DNA of 64,000 nucleotides from Hemiscyllium ocellatum (Eukaryota), in NCBI RefSeq assembly GCF_020745735.1, contig NC_083421.1, positions 57,713,001 to 57,777,000 of the forward strand, in the 5' to 3' direction. A program made the translations under genes and the position numbers. Below are positions 1 through 12,134 of the stretch, in pieces (the first letter of the stretch is position 1; each line of letters opens with the position of its first letter). Below the pieces are notes generated by a model. It had not been told where the DNA came from. It did no database searches and saw only the letters and a list, made by a program, of their open reading frames with translations.

Positions 1-179
1 AAGATATTTGATTCCAACAATGCAGGTCACCTCACCTACAGACTAAACTGTCACCATCCACACCCAACAAATGAGTGACCATATCTATCCCCACATCTCC
101 TGCTCACTGTGCAGCACCTCCATTATCTGCTTCTATCAGTTACTGTGAACAGTTATAGTCTCATTATTGAAGGAAAGAT

Positions 180-760
180 ATACTACTATTGGAACCAGTC
201 CAGAGAAGGTCATTAGTGAGTTTTGAGAAGATTTGTAGCTCAGGTTGAGGTTTTGGATGTAGATTAGCGAGCAAACCTACTTTCAAAAGGTTCATTAGAT
301 TGACCACAGGTGAGGTGGGATTTTCTTATGAGGGGAGGTTGTGTAGGTTGGACATGTACACATTGGAATTGAAAGAATGAGAGGTGACCTTATTGAAGCA
401 ATCAAGACTTCGAGAAATGATTGAAGTTTTGAGTGGATCGTTTAAATAATAAGGCATTCAGAGCTATGGAGGAGAAAGTGAGGATTGCAGATGCTGGAGA
501 TCAGAGCTGAAAATATGTTGCTGGAAAAGCACAGCAGGTCAGGAAGCATCTAAGGAGCAGAGAATCGACATTTCGGGCATGAGCCCTTCTTCAGGAAATC
601 CTGAAACGTCGATTCTCTTGCTCCTTGGATGCTGCCTGACCTCCATTCAGAGCTATGGACCAAGCTCTAGAAACTGAGATGAGAATATTGAGGTGGTTGG
701 CTTTGACTAGCACAGACATGATGGATTGAAGTGCCTTTTTCTTTGCTGTATATCTGTGTG
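180..760 (+). mobile_element. Degenerate CR1-like 3' fragment, interrupted by two pLTR insertions
   Basis: GTCCAGAGAAGG..., AGAATGAGAGGTGACCTTATTGAA and a CR1-type tail. Confidence 0.55.
471..643 (-). mobile_element. Penelope-like pLTR palindrome, family A
   Basis: Inverted arms. 16-bp TSD CATTCAGAGCTATGGA (455-470, 644-659). Hammerhead-like core on the - strand (CTGAAGA AGGGCTCATGCCC GAAATGTC). Confidence 0.8.
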
Positions 761-779
761 ACTTGATGACTATGAGGGC

Positions 780-1505
780 TTGACTGGGTAGATGCAGAGA
801 GGTTGTTTCCCCTTATGGGACAGTCTAGGACCAGAGGGCCTGATCTCAGACCAAGGGTTTGCTCATTTAAGAAATGAATTGAATTGTATTTATTGTCATG
901 TATACCCGAGGCACAGTGAATAGCTTTGTTGTGTGAGCAATACAGGCAGATCACGGAGCTAAGTAGCATAGATAAGTAAATAATAGATAAACAGTGGCAA
1001 AAACAAAACCACGGGTACAGGCAAGTGTTAAAGAGTTTGTGAGTCCATTCAGTTTCTAACAACAGTCAGGTAGAAACTGTTTCAAAACCATCTGGTGCAT
1101 GTGCTCAGGCTTCTGTACCTTCTCCCCGATGGTAGAGGTTGTAGAAAAACATTGCCAGGGTGGGATAGGTCTTGAGAATGCTGGTTGCCTTTCCTTAACA
1201 ATGGATTCTATAGATGGGATATTGACCTTTGTGATTGTCTGAGCCGAGTAGACCACTCTCTGTAACCGAAGGGAAGAGGAGGAATTTCTTCTCTGAGAGG
1301 GGAGTGAATCTGTGGAATTCTTTACTGCAGAAGGCTGTCGAGGCTGGGTCATTATGTATATTCAAGGCTGAGAGAGACAGATTTTAGGTCAGCAAGGGAA
1401 TCAAAGGTTATAGGAATAAGGTAGGAAAATGGAATTGAGGATTGTAAGATCAGCCATGATTGGACTGATGGGCTGAATGGCGTCCTCCTGCTCCTGTACC
1501 ATAAG
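780..1505 (+). mobile_element. CR1-like 3' fragment split by the Rex1-like insert
   Basis: 780-874 continues at 1270-1505 (GAGGAGGAATTTCTTCTC...GATCAGCCATGAT...GGGCTGAATGG). Confidence 0.6.
875..1268 (-). mobile_element. Rex1/Babar-like LINE 3' end
   Basis: The - strand encodes PLPSGRRYRSL...NSFY (Rex1-type C-terminus), then AATAAA and a (CAATT)n tail. Interrupts a CR1 3' fragment. Confidence 0.7.
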
Positions 1506-2575
1506 CTTTTATTGTTCAGTTTGTATTGATGCTAAAGATTTAAACACACAGTGTAGCCTGAAAGATTGTGATCGTTAGAGTGTTCCAAACATGTTGTGAT
1601 TTACTGACAAACAGCTCCACAAAGAGGTTTGGACAGAGAAAATGCAATCCCCTGGTATTTATAATTGTGATCTTTAACAGCAAACACTGCCAGCTCTGGA
1701 AAATTGTACAAACTATCACTGCTTGGGGAATGCATTCAGAAATTTGGCTTCAACCATTTGGGGAGAGAAAGGATTTTCAACTCAAGTTTTGACCAACTTG
1801 GTTGGAAGGAGGACTGAGCAGAGGACCAGGGAATGTCTATCTACCTTGTGCTCCAACAAAGGTGGAGTCTGTGAGGGTAAACCCGGAAACCAATGACCGA
1901 CGATAGAGTTTACTGGATCACCTGCAAAGGCACATTAGACAACCACAAAGTGATTGAGTTTAAGGTGGGGGGTGTGTGGAAAGCTGGAGAGGGATTGACT
2001 TTGAATGGAATAACTGTTGAAGTTGCCAATAATAGCATGGACCCCAGAAATCTCAAAGTAATGATCGTGTGAGTCTTGCCTTTGACAATGAAATGCTTCT
2101 ATCTCACTCACCCCATGACTTAATGAACGTTTAACGATTACATTTAAAACAACCTGTGTATGGGGACCAAATTTGTCCGTGGAACTTGATTGTCTTTTGT
2201 CACTATCAGGGGTTACACAGTCAGAATCTAGGATTGAAAATGCTACTGTGATCAGCAGTGAGGGGGGATTGCTTATGTCAAGGGAGCCTTGTGACCATCG
2301 CGTGTGCTCAGGACTAATCCCTCCTCAAACATTCTGGAACAAACAACACTGAATATTTACCTCAAGAACATGTGATAGTTTCTGGCAGTGAGCACCCAAG
2401 GAAATTCCCAGATAACGTTTGGCAGTGAAATTTGAGAGTCAGTCCGGCATAGAGAATTGCTGTTTACTCCTAATGACATCTGGTGGTTTGGCTTCACAAC
2501 ATTAACTGCAAAGAAAAGTTAACATGGATACCTTTAGACATTCTCTGACCTGTAAACAGACTCTAAGCCTATATT

Positions 2576-2805
2576 CTGGATTAGTGGTGCTGGAAGAGCA
2601 CAGCAGTTCAGGCAGCATCCAAAGTGCAGCGAAATCAACATTTTGGACAAAAGCCCTTTATCAGGAATAAACCTTTATTCCTGATGAAGGGCTTTTGCCC
2701 GAAACGTCGATTTCGCTGCACTTTGGATACTGCCTGAACTGCTGTGCTCTTCCAGCACCACTAATCCAGAATCTAGTTTCCAGCATCTGCAGTCATTGGT
2801 TTTAC
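2576..2805 (+). mobile_element. Penelope-like pLTR palindrome, family A variant
   Basis: About 95-bp inverted arms plus a 3' tail. 15-bp TSD CTCTAAGCCTATATT (2561-2575, 2806-2820). Confidence 0.85.
2677..2712 (+). ncRNA. Minimal type-I hammerhead ribozyme motif
   Basis: attc-CTGATGA-A-GGGC-TTTT-GCCC-GAAA-CGTC-gatt: intact core, 4-bp stem II, self-complementary ACGU helix III, GUC cleavage triplet. Helix I is weak. Confidence 0.75.
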
Positions 2806-3009
2806 CTCTAAGCCTATATTGTACATCTGGACCACACCTGATAATGTCTCCCATTCAGTTTAAAAACATGAAGCAACTTTGTCTGTGCATTGGATAAGAA
2901 GCAGCTGAGAATGAATAGATTCATTGGGCAAAATACAATCAATCATCGCTGATTTTAAATCATTGATCATCTCAGTAACAGCCATTTGTTTAAAGGCATT
3001 CAGTGATGA

Positions 3010-3325
3010 GGAAGATAGATTTTTGGAGAGAGATAAGTGGGTGAGTAGTGGGACAGATAGATCCACAGATTGTTATAGAGATGGTGGACAGATCAATAGA
3101 TGGGTGGATAGATGAATGTAAAGAATAAATAGTTTGATGTAAAGGTGAATAAATAGGTTGTTGGATAGATGAATAGATGGATGGATAGATAGATGTGAGA
3201 ATGAATTGATACATGGATGAATGGCTGGATGTTTAGATGGAAAGTTGGATTGCTAGATAGAAAGTTGGATAGATTGATACATACAGACTGAGAGAGGGGG
3301 ATGGAAGGAGAGACAGAAAAACAGA
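3010..3325. repeat. Degenerate (GATA/GATG)n microsatellite
   Basis: Repeated GATAGAT/GGATGGAT units just upstream of the CpG island. Confidence 0.85.
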
Positions 3326-3439
3326 AAAGCCAGTACATAGTAGGCTAACTGCAGCAAATAATTCAGCCTGGGTGCCGATTGGGTATGGAGCTGCCTATCG
3401 AATTCTTGTGGGTGGGGGGACTGACTTGATGTGGGACAC

Positions 3440-4700
3440 CCTGGGGTGCAGCAGAAATCGCCTCTTTCCACTTTCCCCCCGCCCTCCCTACCCTCCGGCA
3501 GCCCCCTCTCCTGTGGACCTGCCCAGAGTCCAGCAGTGTCATCTCCAGCACGAACAGGTGATGTGCCTGAGGAAACCGGGAAGCGGGCGGCAGGGAGAGC
3601 TGTTCCCGAGCTCCTGAGAGTCAGAGCAGCGGGAGAAGCCGCAAAGCTGCCCCCGGGGGGAGCTTCATCCCAGCGGGGCAGGAAGATTCATCCCGGTCGC
3701 TGAGGAGCGTTCAGCTTGGGAGGGGAGGATTAGAGGGAAGATATTCCCCTCCTCTCCCCAAGTGGAAGTTGAGCATCTTCCTCCTCCCTGCCCACGCCTC
3801 TCTCCCTTGCCTTGGCTGCAGCTGGTGTCGAGCGGGAATGAGGAGTGAGCCGGGCCCGGGGAAAGCGGCAGCACGGCCGGCGGATGGGGCGGTGTGCCTG
3901 GGTCACTCTCTGCCCATCTCGGTGCTGAGGGGTGTCGCCAGGTTCCGGCTCCTGTGTCCTGTCAAACAGCGGGCGGTCGGTGACACTTGGGTGAAAGGAA
4001 GCGGCGCTGAGGCAGCTCCAGGAGAGATGTGCACTGAGTGTTACACCAACGAATCCTTTGTCTTCGACGATGGAATCGCGGAGACATACGCGCCCAGGTC
4101 AGTCTCTCTCTTTAATTTCCCCTCCCCAGCCTGGATTTGGAAGGAGGTGGGATTGGAGTGCATTGCAATAACCCTGGCTAATTGTTCTTGGTTTTATCAT
4201 GGTGAAATTGACTCTCCTGTACAGGGTCTGCGGCAGTTTCCAATCCTCCCTCCCCGCGTGGAAAGAAACAAGTTTTAAGAATTGACCATTCTCTCCTAAG
4301 TTATTATGTTTGAGGGGAAAAAAAATCCCAGTGCACTGTCGCCAGGTCTGGAGACTTCACACAGGCTTCTTTGGGTCGGATCTCACTGAGACAGCAGGTT
4401 AGGGCAGAAAGGAATCGTCACTACCCTCCCTTGCAGTTGTTCCCCCTTTTTTCCCCCCTCTTCCCCCCCCCCCAAATGCGGTAACTTTCTTGGAGGGGGG
4501 GTTTGCACACACACACACACACACACGGTTGTGGAGAAGCCAGCCAGCGCTGCTGGTCCGAGCCCCTGCTGCATTCGGAGGTTTGACCGCGAGAGTTGGA
4601 CTGACTTTGCAGAAAGATTCTTTCGGAGCGAGTCTCCCAGCTGAGTTTGTGTCGAAACTGCCCCCCCCCCCCCCCCCGCCACAATTGCAAAGATACGGCT
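3440..4700 (+). promoter_or_regulatory. CpG island / probable KCNT1 promoter and 5' UTR
   Basis: Sharp rise in GC and CpG against the AT-rich, CpG-poor background, with GC-box-like GGGCGG motifs, surrounding coding exon 1. Confidence 0.7.
4027..4097 (+). CDS. KCNT1: KCNT1 (Slack/Slo2.2) coding exon 1, Slack-A-type N-terminus
   Basis: Encodes MCTECYTNESFVFDDGIAETYAP-R, matching the recalled mammalian Slack-A motif YTNRTFEFDDG..CAPR. Ends CCCAG|GTCAGT (phase-2 donor at 4098). Lies in a CpG island. An in-frame upstream ATG at 3838 may be the real start. Confidence 0.85.
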
Positions 4701-4717
4701 GCATTGTTCGAATTAAA

Positions 4718-4912
4718 ATCCCTACAGTGTGGAAACAGACCCAATAAGTCCACTAACAGTATCCCACCCAGACCCATTCCCCTACCTAACACACACATCC
4801 CTGAAAACTATGGACAATTTGGCTTGGTCAAAATGCTTCACTTTCACATCTTTGGACTGGGGGAAGGAAGTGCAAACAGTCGCCTCGAGGGTAGGATTGA
4901 ACCCAGGTCCCC
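4718..4912 (-). mobile_element. HE1-type SINE, degenerate
   Basis: CCCTACAGTGTGGAAACAG tail and a B-box remnant. Confidence 0.65.
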
Positions 4913-5555
4913 GAGTTGGCTTTTTATTAATTTACCGGGGTCGCTTTCACGTTATTTTGATCTGGAGACTGGGATAAGGACCTAACTGAAACTCCTTAAC
5001 CGTCTTCACTTTCAGTGTGACACCAGTGGGCAGTTTACTGACTCCAGGGCTGTAGAGGGAAAGTCTGCTCATACTGCAAATGCTTCGACCCTTGTCGTTT
5101 CTTCCGTTGATTCAAAAGCAGATTTCTGGCCGGGACATGGGTTCGGGACCCACTTTAAAGAAACGTATAGTCGGCGCAGTCAATTTCACCTGCACTGTTA
5201 GATTTCTCAGCTGGGTGGGTGCTGCTGTTCAATGGATCTTGCATTTTTCTTTACCTACATCAGAAACATTGACATTTTGTTTCTCACTGGACCTGTTACG
5301 TTTAAATATTCTTAACCCCCACATCTCTGGCCAGTGGCGGCTGATCTTTGATACAAAGAAGTTGAAACAGCTGTCGTAAAAAAAAATTCCCCTTTTAAAG
5401 CTACAGCCCATTAAGGATAGAGGTAAACTGTACAGTATTGTCCCTGCACTCAGCTTCCCCACCCCGCATAAGGCAAATTGATTTTTTTATTATTAAAGGA
5501 ACAGTAGAAAAGTAGGAGAGTGTGGTTGCAATTGCACAAAGCATTAATGAAACCG

Positions 5556-5730
5556 TTGGAAATGTGTTGCTGGAAAAGCGCAGCAGGTCAGGCAGCATCC
5601 AAGGAGCAGGAGAGTCGACGTTTCGGGCATGAGCCCTTCTCCTGTTCCTTGGATGCTGCCTGACCTGCTGCGCTTTTCCAGCAACACATTTTCAGCTCTG
5701 ATCTCCAGCATCTGCAGTCCTCACTTTCTC
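5556..5730 (+). mobile_element. Penelope-like pLTR palindrome, family A (centre deleted)
   Basis: 14-bp TSD CATTAATGAAACCG (5542-5555, 5731-5744). Inverted arms. Confidence 0.85.
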
Positions 5731-5789
5731 CATTAATGAAACCGCGTCTGAACCACTGCCTACGTTTGTGGTTCCTTACTTGAGTAGGC

Positions 5790-6235
5790 ATTGGAAGCAA
5801 TTCACATCAAGTTCACTCGATTAATCCCAGGCATGAGAGGCTTGTCTTCTGAGGAGCGATTGAGAGGTTTAGGCTACAGTTTATAAGGACGCGAGATCTC
5901 CCCCTGGTATATAAGATGCTGGAAGGAGAGGCCATTAGTTTTAGCGCAAGGAGTAACAATTTTATTCGGAGTTAAGGAGAAATTGCAATTCTCAAAGATC
6001 CTTAAACCTTTGGAATTCGCTGCCCCAAAGCGTGGGGGATGCTGGGACATTGAGTAAATTTAAAGAGGAGATAGATTTTTAATTATTAACTAGCAATCAA
6101 CAATTAGTGGTTAATTAGTTTGAAGGGTTAAGGAGAGTGGGCAGGGAAGTGAAGTTGAGACTGAGATGGCATCAGCCACGATCATAATCAAATGCGAGAA
6201 GCCGAATTGCCTATTCCCCCTCCGAGCTCTTGATC
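5790..6235 (+). mobile_element. Degenerate CR1-like 3' fragment
   Basis: Recognisable CR1 C-terminal coding remnants and the ATCAGCCACGATC tail. Confidence 0.5.
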
Positions 6236-6416
6236 TTTTTATTGTCCAAATACACTTGCTGCAGGAACATCGGTATTAATCAGTGTCATGGGGCTTATCT
6301 CGATCCATTGTCAGGTTAATTCTGGGGGCCACCAAAGTTGAAAACAGCAACAACAGAAAATCATCTCTATCAAGAAATAAATTGTTACCTGACCCCCAAA
6401 TCACGAAGATCAAATT

Positions 6417-7040
6417 AGAGTCAGTCATAGAGATGTACAGCACGGAAACAGACCTTAGGTCCAACCAGTCCATGCCTACCAGATATCCCAACCCAATCTA
6501 GTCCCACCTGCCAGCACCCGGCCCACATCCCTCCAAACCCTTCCTATTCATATACCCTTCCAGATGCCTCTTAAATTTTGTAATTGCACCAGCCTCCACC
6601 ACATCCTCTGGCAGCTCATTCAATACCCGTACCATCCTCTGTGTGAAAAAGTTGCCCCTTAGGTCCCTTTTAAATCTTTCCCCCTCACCCTAAACCTATG
6701 CCCGTCTAGTTCTGGACCCCCCGACCCCAGGGAAAAGACTTTGTCTATTTATCCTATCCATGCCCCTCATAATTTTGTAAACCTCTACAAGGTCACCCCT
6801 CAGCCTCCGATGCTCCAGGGAAAACAGCCCCAGCCTGTTCAGCCTCTCCCTGGAGCTCAGATCCTCCAACCCTGGCAACATCCTTGTAAATCTTTGCTGA
6901 ACCCTTTCAAGTTTCACAACATCTTTCCAATAGGAAGGAGACCAGAATTGCATGCAATATTCCAACAGTGGCCTAACCAATGTCCTGGACAGCCGCAGCA
7001 TGACCTCCCAACTCCTGTACTCAACACTCTGACCAATAAA
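6417..7040 (-). mobile_element. CR1 (HER1-like) 3' fragment
   Basis: ORF 6696-7130(-) includes LVRPLLEYCMQFWSP...LERVQQRFTRMLPG. (CTATGACT)-type tail. Confidence 0.9.
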
Positions 7041-7074
7041 GATTGCGTCTGCTGTATGGTTGAATGAACACGAC

Positions 7075-7950
7075 ACCCAAAGGCAGGACTTACACAAGGG
7101 TTCAGGTACATTATTCTTTGGAAGTTGCATTACAGGTAGACAGGTTGGTTAAGAAGGCATTTAGCACGCTTGCCTTCATTGCTCAGACCTTTGAGTTTGG
7201 TCCTCATGTTGAGCTTGTACAAGACATTGGTGAGGCCTGTTCTGGAGTCTTCACTCTGTTCTAGGAAGGATATTCAAAGTTTGTGAGAAGATTTGTAGCT
7301 CCGGTGCGTGTTGTTGTGGTTCTGTTCGCCATGCTGGGAGTTTTTGTTGCAAACGTTTCGTCCCCTGTCTAGGTGACATCTTCAGTGCTTGGGAGCCTCC
7401 TGAAGCGCTTCACAGGAGGCTCCCAAGCACTGAGAATGTCACCTAGAAAGGGACAAAAGGTTTGCAACAAAAACTCCCAGCTCGGCGAACAGAACCACAA
7501 CAGGAAGGATATTATTAAGCTGGAGATGGTTCAGAAGTGATTTATCAGGATGTCACCGGGAATGGAGGGTTTGAGTTACAGGGAGAGGCTGGACACGCTG
7601 GGACTTTTTTTTTCACTGGAGTCTGGGAGGTTGAGGGGTGATCTTTACAGAGATTTATAAATTGTGACGGATGTGGATAGGGTGAATAGCAGGTGCCTTT
7701 TTCCTAGGGTGGGGGATTTCAGGACTAGGGGGCATATTTTTAAGGTGAGAGGAGAACAATTTACAAAAGACACGAAGGGCATTTTTTTTTAGAGTTGTTG
7801 GTGTGTGGAATAAACTTCCAGAGAAAGTGATGGATCCAGGTACAACATTTAAAAGACATTTGGATAAGTACATGAATAGGAAAAGTCTGGAGGGGTATGG
7901 GCCAGGAGCAGGCAGGTGGCTTACTTTGGGATAATGGTCAGCTTGTGTAT
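7075..7950 (+). mobile_element. CR1 3' fragment, interrupted by the family-B palindrome
   Basis: VQVHYSLEVALQVDRLVKKAF... and a typical CR1 3' end. Confidence 0.8.
7275..7501 (-). mobile_element. Penelope-like pLTR palindrome, family B, inserted in CR1
   Basis: About 90-bp inverted arms. 12-bp TSD AGGAAGGATATT (7263-7274, 7502-7513). The - strand reads CTGAAGA-T-GTCACCTAGACAGGGGAC-GAAACGTT. Confidence 0.8.
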
Positions 7951-8339
7951 GTGTGGTGTAAGATTTTGTGACAATTACAGGGAAATCTGAAAGGTCACAG
8001 AGGTCAGACTCTCTCTGTGCCTTTCCAGCGATGCTGCCAGAATTATTGAAGATCTCCAGCTCTTCCGGTTTGAAATCGGTTTTGTTGACCTGCATGCAGC
8101 AAGCAGCAGGGTGGAGTATTCTGGGATCTTTGGCCATAAAAAAATGCCATGGATTCTGATTGTCCTTGGAGAAAGGGGATTGAGATGGGGATGTAAACAA
8201 TCTGGAAGGGGGCGTGGTGCCATTTAGGAAGAATGCTGAAATAATAGTGATCAAAATGAAAAGCTATGCAAGGGATTAAATTCTCAATGAAAAGAAAGCG
8301 AATCTGGGTGATTTGGAAGATGTTTTGATTGTTGGAAAT

Positions 8340-8555
8340 AGAAACAATACTGTCAGGTCTTCAGCAGGTCTGGCAGCATCCGTGGACAGAGAAAGAGTTA
8401 AAATTTCAAGTTTGATTTGACTTCTTTCTAAGTTCAAAATAATTTTTCTTCTGAGGAGTTATATTAAATTTGAAACATCAACCCTGTTTCGCTGCCCGCG
8501 GACACTGCTCAGTTCCTGCAGCACTTTTGGCTTTTATTTCAGGTCTGCAGCGTTC
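8340..8555. mobile_element. Old degenerate Penelope-like pLTR palindrome
   Basis: CAGCAGGTCTGGCAGCATC arm with a diverged inverted partner. Similar old single arms at about 17815-17910 and 28000-28125. Confidence 0.55.
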
Positions 8556-8778
8556 TACTTGTGATTAATTGTCGGAATTTTCCGAAGTTACTTTATCAGA
8601 CTCAAGACAGCAGCAGTAGCTAGAGACTGGGAGGGAACAGCTCGGCTTGAAAAGTGTTCAGAAGGCGTGATTCCAAAGAGAGAAACTGTTACTTGTAGGA
8701 TTTTTTTTGTCACCTTCTGACAAATCTGCATCAGTAGTTTATTGTGAAGCAGGGAATACATTATTACATTGTGACTTG

Positions 8779-9013
8779 CATTGGAACAGAGTGTTTCCTG
8801 AAAGGGTACCTCCCTCCTCCGGGAGCAGAGACCAGTTGGTGTGAAAAAAAGTCGTTTATTATCAACTCGGGAAACTAAAATGAAGGAACGATGCTTTCAT
8901 TGGAACAGTGTTTCCTGAAAGGGTAACTCCCTCCTCCGGGAGCAGAGACCAATTGGTGTGGAAAGAAAAATTGTTTTTTTCAACTTGGGAAACCGAAATG
9001 AAGGAATGATGCT
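8779..9013. repeat. Tandem duplication of a unique unit of about 119 bp
   Basis: 8779-8895 and 8898-9013 both run CATTGGAACAG...GGGAGCAGAGACCA...ATGAAGGAA.GATGCT. Confidence 0.9.
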
Positions 9014-11569
9014 GAAAGCCGTTAGATTGTTGATTAACTGTTTAATCGAAGGGAGAGGTGTTACAACTTGCAACATAATTTATATGGTCAAATTGCAATT
9101 CAATATAGTTAGGCTCTCATAACCGAATGCAGGGAAATGATAATTGCTGAGTTTTGCATTGGAATTAATGTATGATACGAAACCTCGGATTGCAAATATC
9201 TCCAGTGAGATGCAAAATATAAATATCACACAAACTACTCTTCAATTTAAAAAAAATATTAGAGTTATTCGATTTCTGGTAAGGAAGTCATGGGTCTTGT
9301 TGAATGAGCTTGGTTATCTGCTTCCTTTTAGAATTCTGAATGGGATAATAAGTGGGGTTACACTCTTTGAATAAACTGTACTTTATACCGAACAGATAGT
9401 GAACCAATAGGACTTCTTGCCCGCTGGTCCATGCCAGTGTTTGTATTTCTTTCGACACCCTTTAAAAGTAGCCAAACTAGTCACCTCAACCACTTCATGA
9501 GTTGTGAGTCCCATACTGCAATCACTCTCTAGTTAGGTTTGTTTCCCTGAATTTGTGGCTTTGGTTGCAGCTGTCTTCAGTGTAGCCTTTCCAGTTTTGG
9601 ACTCCGCTTACAAATGCAAGCGCCTTCTTTACCCTACCCCAATCAAACCCCTTCAGAGCTTTAAAAGCTTCGAATGCATCACCAACTCAGCCTTCTCTCT
9701 TTCAGAGAAAAGAGTCCCAGTTTGTTCCATCTCCCATGGCAGTTTACAACATCTTTATATTAATGAATACTGTGCCAGAAACAAACTTACTAATGTCAAT
9801 GGAAACATCACCATTTCAATTAGTCAAGAGTTTTAATATTTTCTTGACTCAAGTCAGGCATGGAGGCCCCCAATCATGTTTTCTGTTGATTTCTGGTCAA
9901 TGCTATTGCCAGCATTTATCCATAACCCCAAGCAAGCAGGCTTCTTTTCTGTAAATATTACCATTTGACTACTTAGACATGCTACTGACTAGTTTTGGAA
10001 ACAGTAAAGGATAGGTTAGGCAATGATAGGAAAAAGGGGTAAGTCTGGAATAATAAGTGAAAAATTGGGTATATATCACAGTTTGATTATCAGGTGAGAC
10101 ACAGAAAGAATATTTGGCCAATGTTTTGAGCACAGTTCATCAAAAGAAAACCTTAACAAATGCTTTAATTCTATTTCATTAGATGCTAGTCGCCTTGTTG
10201 TACCCACTCAGCTGTGCATAGCTTCTGATTGTAAAAGGAAATGGAACAGTGGGATGTAGAAGATACATCGATTTCTAAATCAAAAGATGAAATGTCTTGT
10301 TGACCTCCCTGCTATCCCAGCAGCTGGATAGTTTGCGGTACATACTTTTATAAATTCCCCAATAATTGTCCAATTGTACGTTGAATGAGTTCTGGGAGAA
10401 TTGTTTTTACAACCTCTCTTGTCAACTATTAAAAAAAATGTGGTTGGTGAAGTGAGACTTTCTGAATCTAGTCCCTTTTGGTTTATATTGGTGTCCACAT
10501 TCCTCTATCAAATGCAATAAGCCACGTGCCCTCATTATGCATAATTCGTTTGGGCAAATGTCAGTCTTTACTAATGAGAAGAATGAATCTTTACCAATTT
10601 TGTAAATGCTTCCTCCTGTGCAGTCCCTTTAATATTCAAGTACTTCTGTCTTATAACTGGAGTTCTTGAAGTGAAAACAATTTCTAGCTGTGAACTATAT
10701 AATGACAGAATAGCTCCCTTTGAATTGCATTCCATTTTTCTGTAAATATAAACTAACACTTATGCTTGTTTTGAAAATTGGCAACTATTGCTTTGATATC
10801 TTTGAGGACATGTTATGACTTTCCTATTCATCATGTTTCCATTAATCCTGTAATCCTTCTTTATTGACATAATCCATCAAGCTTGCTTTCATGTCCTCAT
10901 GTAGTGTACGTGCTTGGTGGTTTAACAGTATTGATCTATCTCCAGTACCTCTGCTCTCACCATTTAATGATAGGGTAATTAAGTTATCACATTTCCCTTA
11001 ACCTCTTCACCTCCAGCAAGATGATAAAAAGATCAACTTGCATTCGTGTAGCACCTTAACATAATGAAAAACCAAAGGTACTTCAGAGCATCTTATCAGA
11101 CAGTATAGTAGAATTACAGCACAGAAGAAGGCTGTTCTGTCCATTCTTCTTGTGCTGGTCTTCTGAATGATCAACTCTCTGCCTTTTTGAAAAGCCCTGC
11201 AACTATTTCTTCTTCAGATAATTGTTCAAATTTTCTCTTGAAAGCCCCAATTGAATCTGCCTCCACTCACTAACCCCTTGCCGCTCATGTCGTTGTGCTG
11301 CTTTTGGGAAAGTAGATGTCTACTTTTTATTGACCCTTCCTCTCCCTCTATTCAGTGATCCAATCGTTATTGTTGCATTGTCAGAAGTGTCAGCGATTTG
11401 CAGAGATGAAGCCCGAGAGTGATTTTAAAATAAGAATGCGAGCACCAAGGACCAGGCACTACTGTGCTCAAGGCTCCTGACAACTGAGGTACAGCTGGAG
11501 TGAGGAACACAGCCCAACAAGATCCAGTCCTCTGTCAGAAATTTGGAAAGAGGTTGTTCATGCTGGCAG

Positions 11570-11784
11570 GGAGAAAGTGAGGAATGTAGAGGCTGGAGAT
11601 CAGAGTCGAGAGTGTGGTGCTGGAAAAGCATAGCAAATCAGGCAGCATCCAGGAAGCGGGAAAATCCACGTTTCAGGCAGAAACCCTTGTTTCATTCCTG
11701 ATGAAGGGCTGTAGCCCGAAACGTCAATTCTCCTGCTCCTCGGATGCTGCCTGACCTGTGCTTTTCCATCATCACACTGTTGAC
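11570..11784 (-). mobile_element. Penelope-like pLTR palindrome, family A
   Basis: TSD TGTT(C/G)ATGCTGGCAG (11555-11569, 11785-11799). Inverted arms. Confidence 0.8.
11694..11729 (+). ncRNA. Minimal type-I hammerhead ribozyme motif
   Basis: CTGATGA-A-GGGCT-GT-AGCCC-GAAA-CGTC at 11698-11725. The first helix-I pair is mismatched. Confidence 0.6.
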
Positions 11785-12134
11785 TGTTGATGCTGGCAGT
11801 AAATGTGTCCCTGTCCAAATTTGCCAAAAGTCTTAAGAACTTCAAAGTTGCAGTCACTTAACTCGAGTATTGAAAAAGAAAGGATTGTGGATTGGCTATG
11901 GTGTAGGTAGGTGGGTGTGGGTGAACGTTGGTGATCAGATTAGTTGTAGATAATTAGTTGGTTCTCCCTTTGAACGTAAGCCTTTATTGCCCGATGGGAA
12001 GTTTACTTAGATGGGCCTGTCTTTTCTCTCGTCTTCATTTCTGATGGACAAATTTTCGCTGTGGTTTTCCATTCTCTTCTAAAGAGGGAGGAACGGCAGA
12101 TATATTCAGCTGATTCTGAAGGATGTCGAGTAAT

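Noticed and set aside
3620-3703. AAKLPP resembling the Slack-B start MARAKLPR
   Set aside because: No initiating ATG in a fitting position, the frame stops at 3703, and similarity does not extend.
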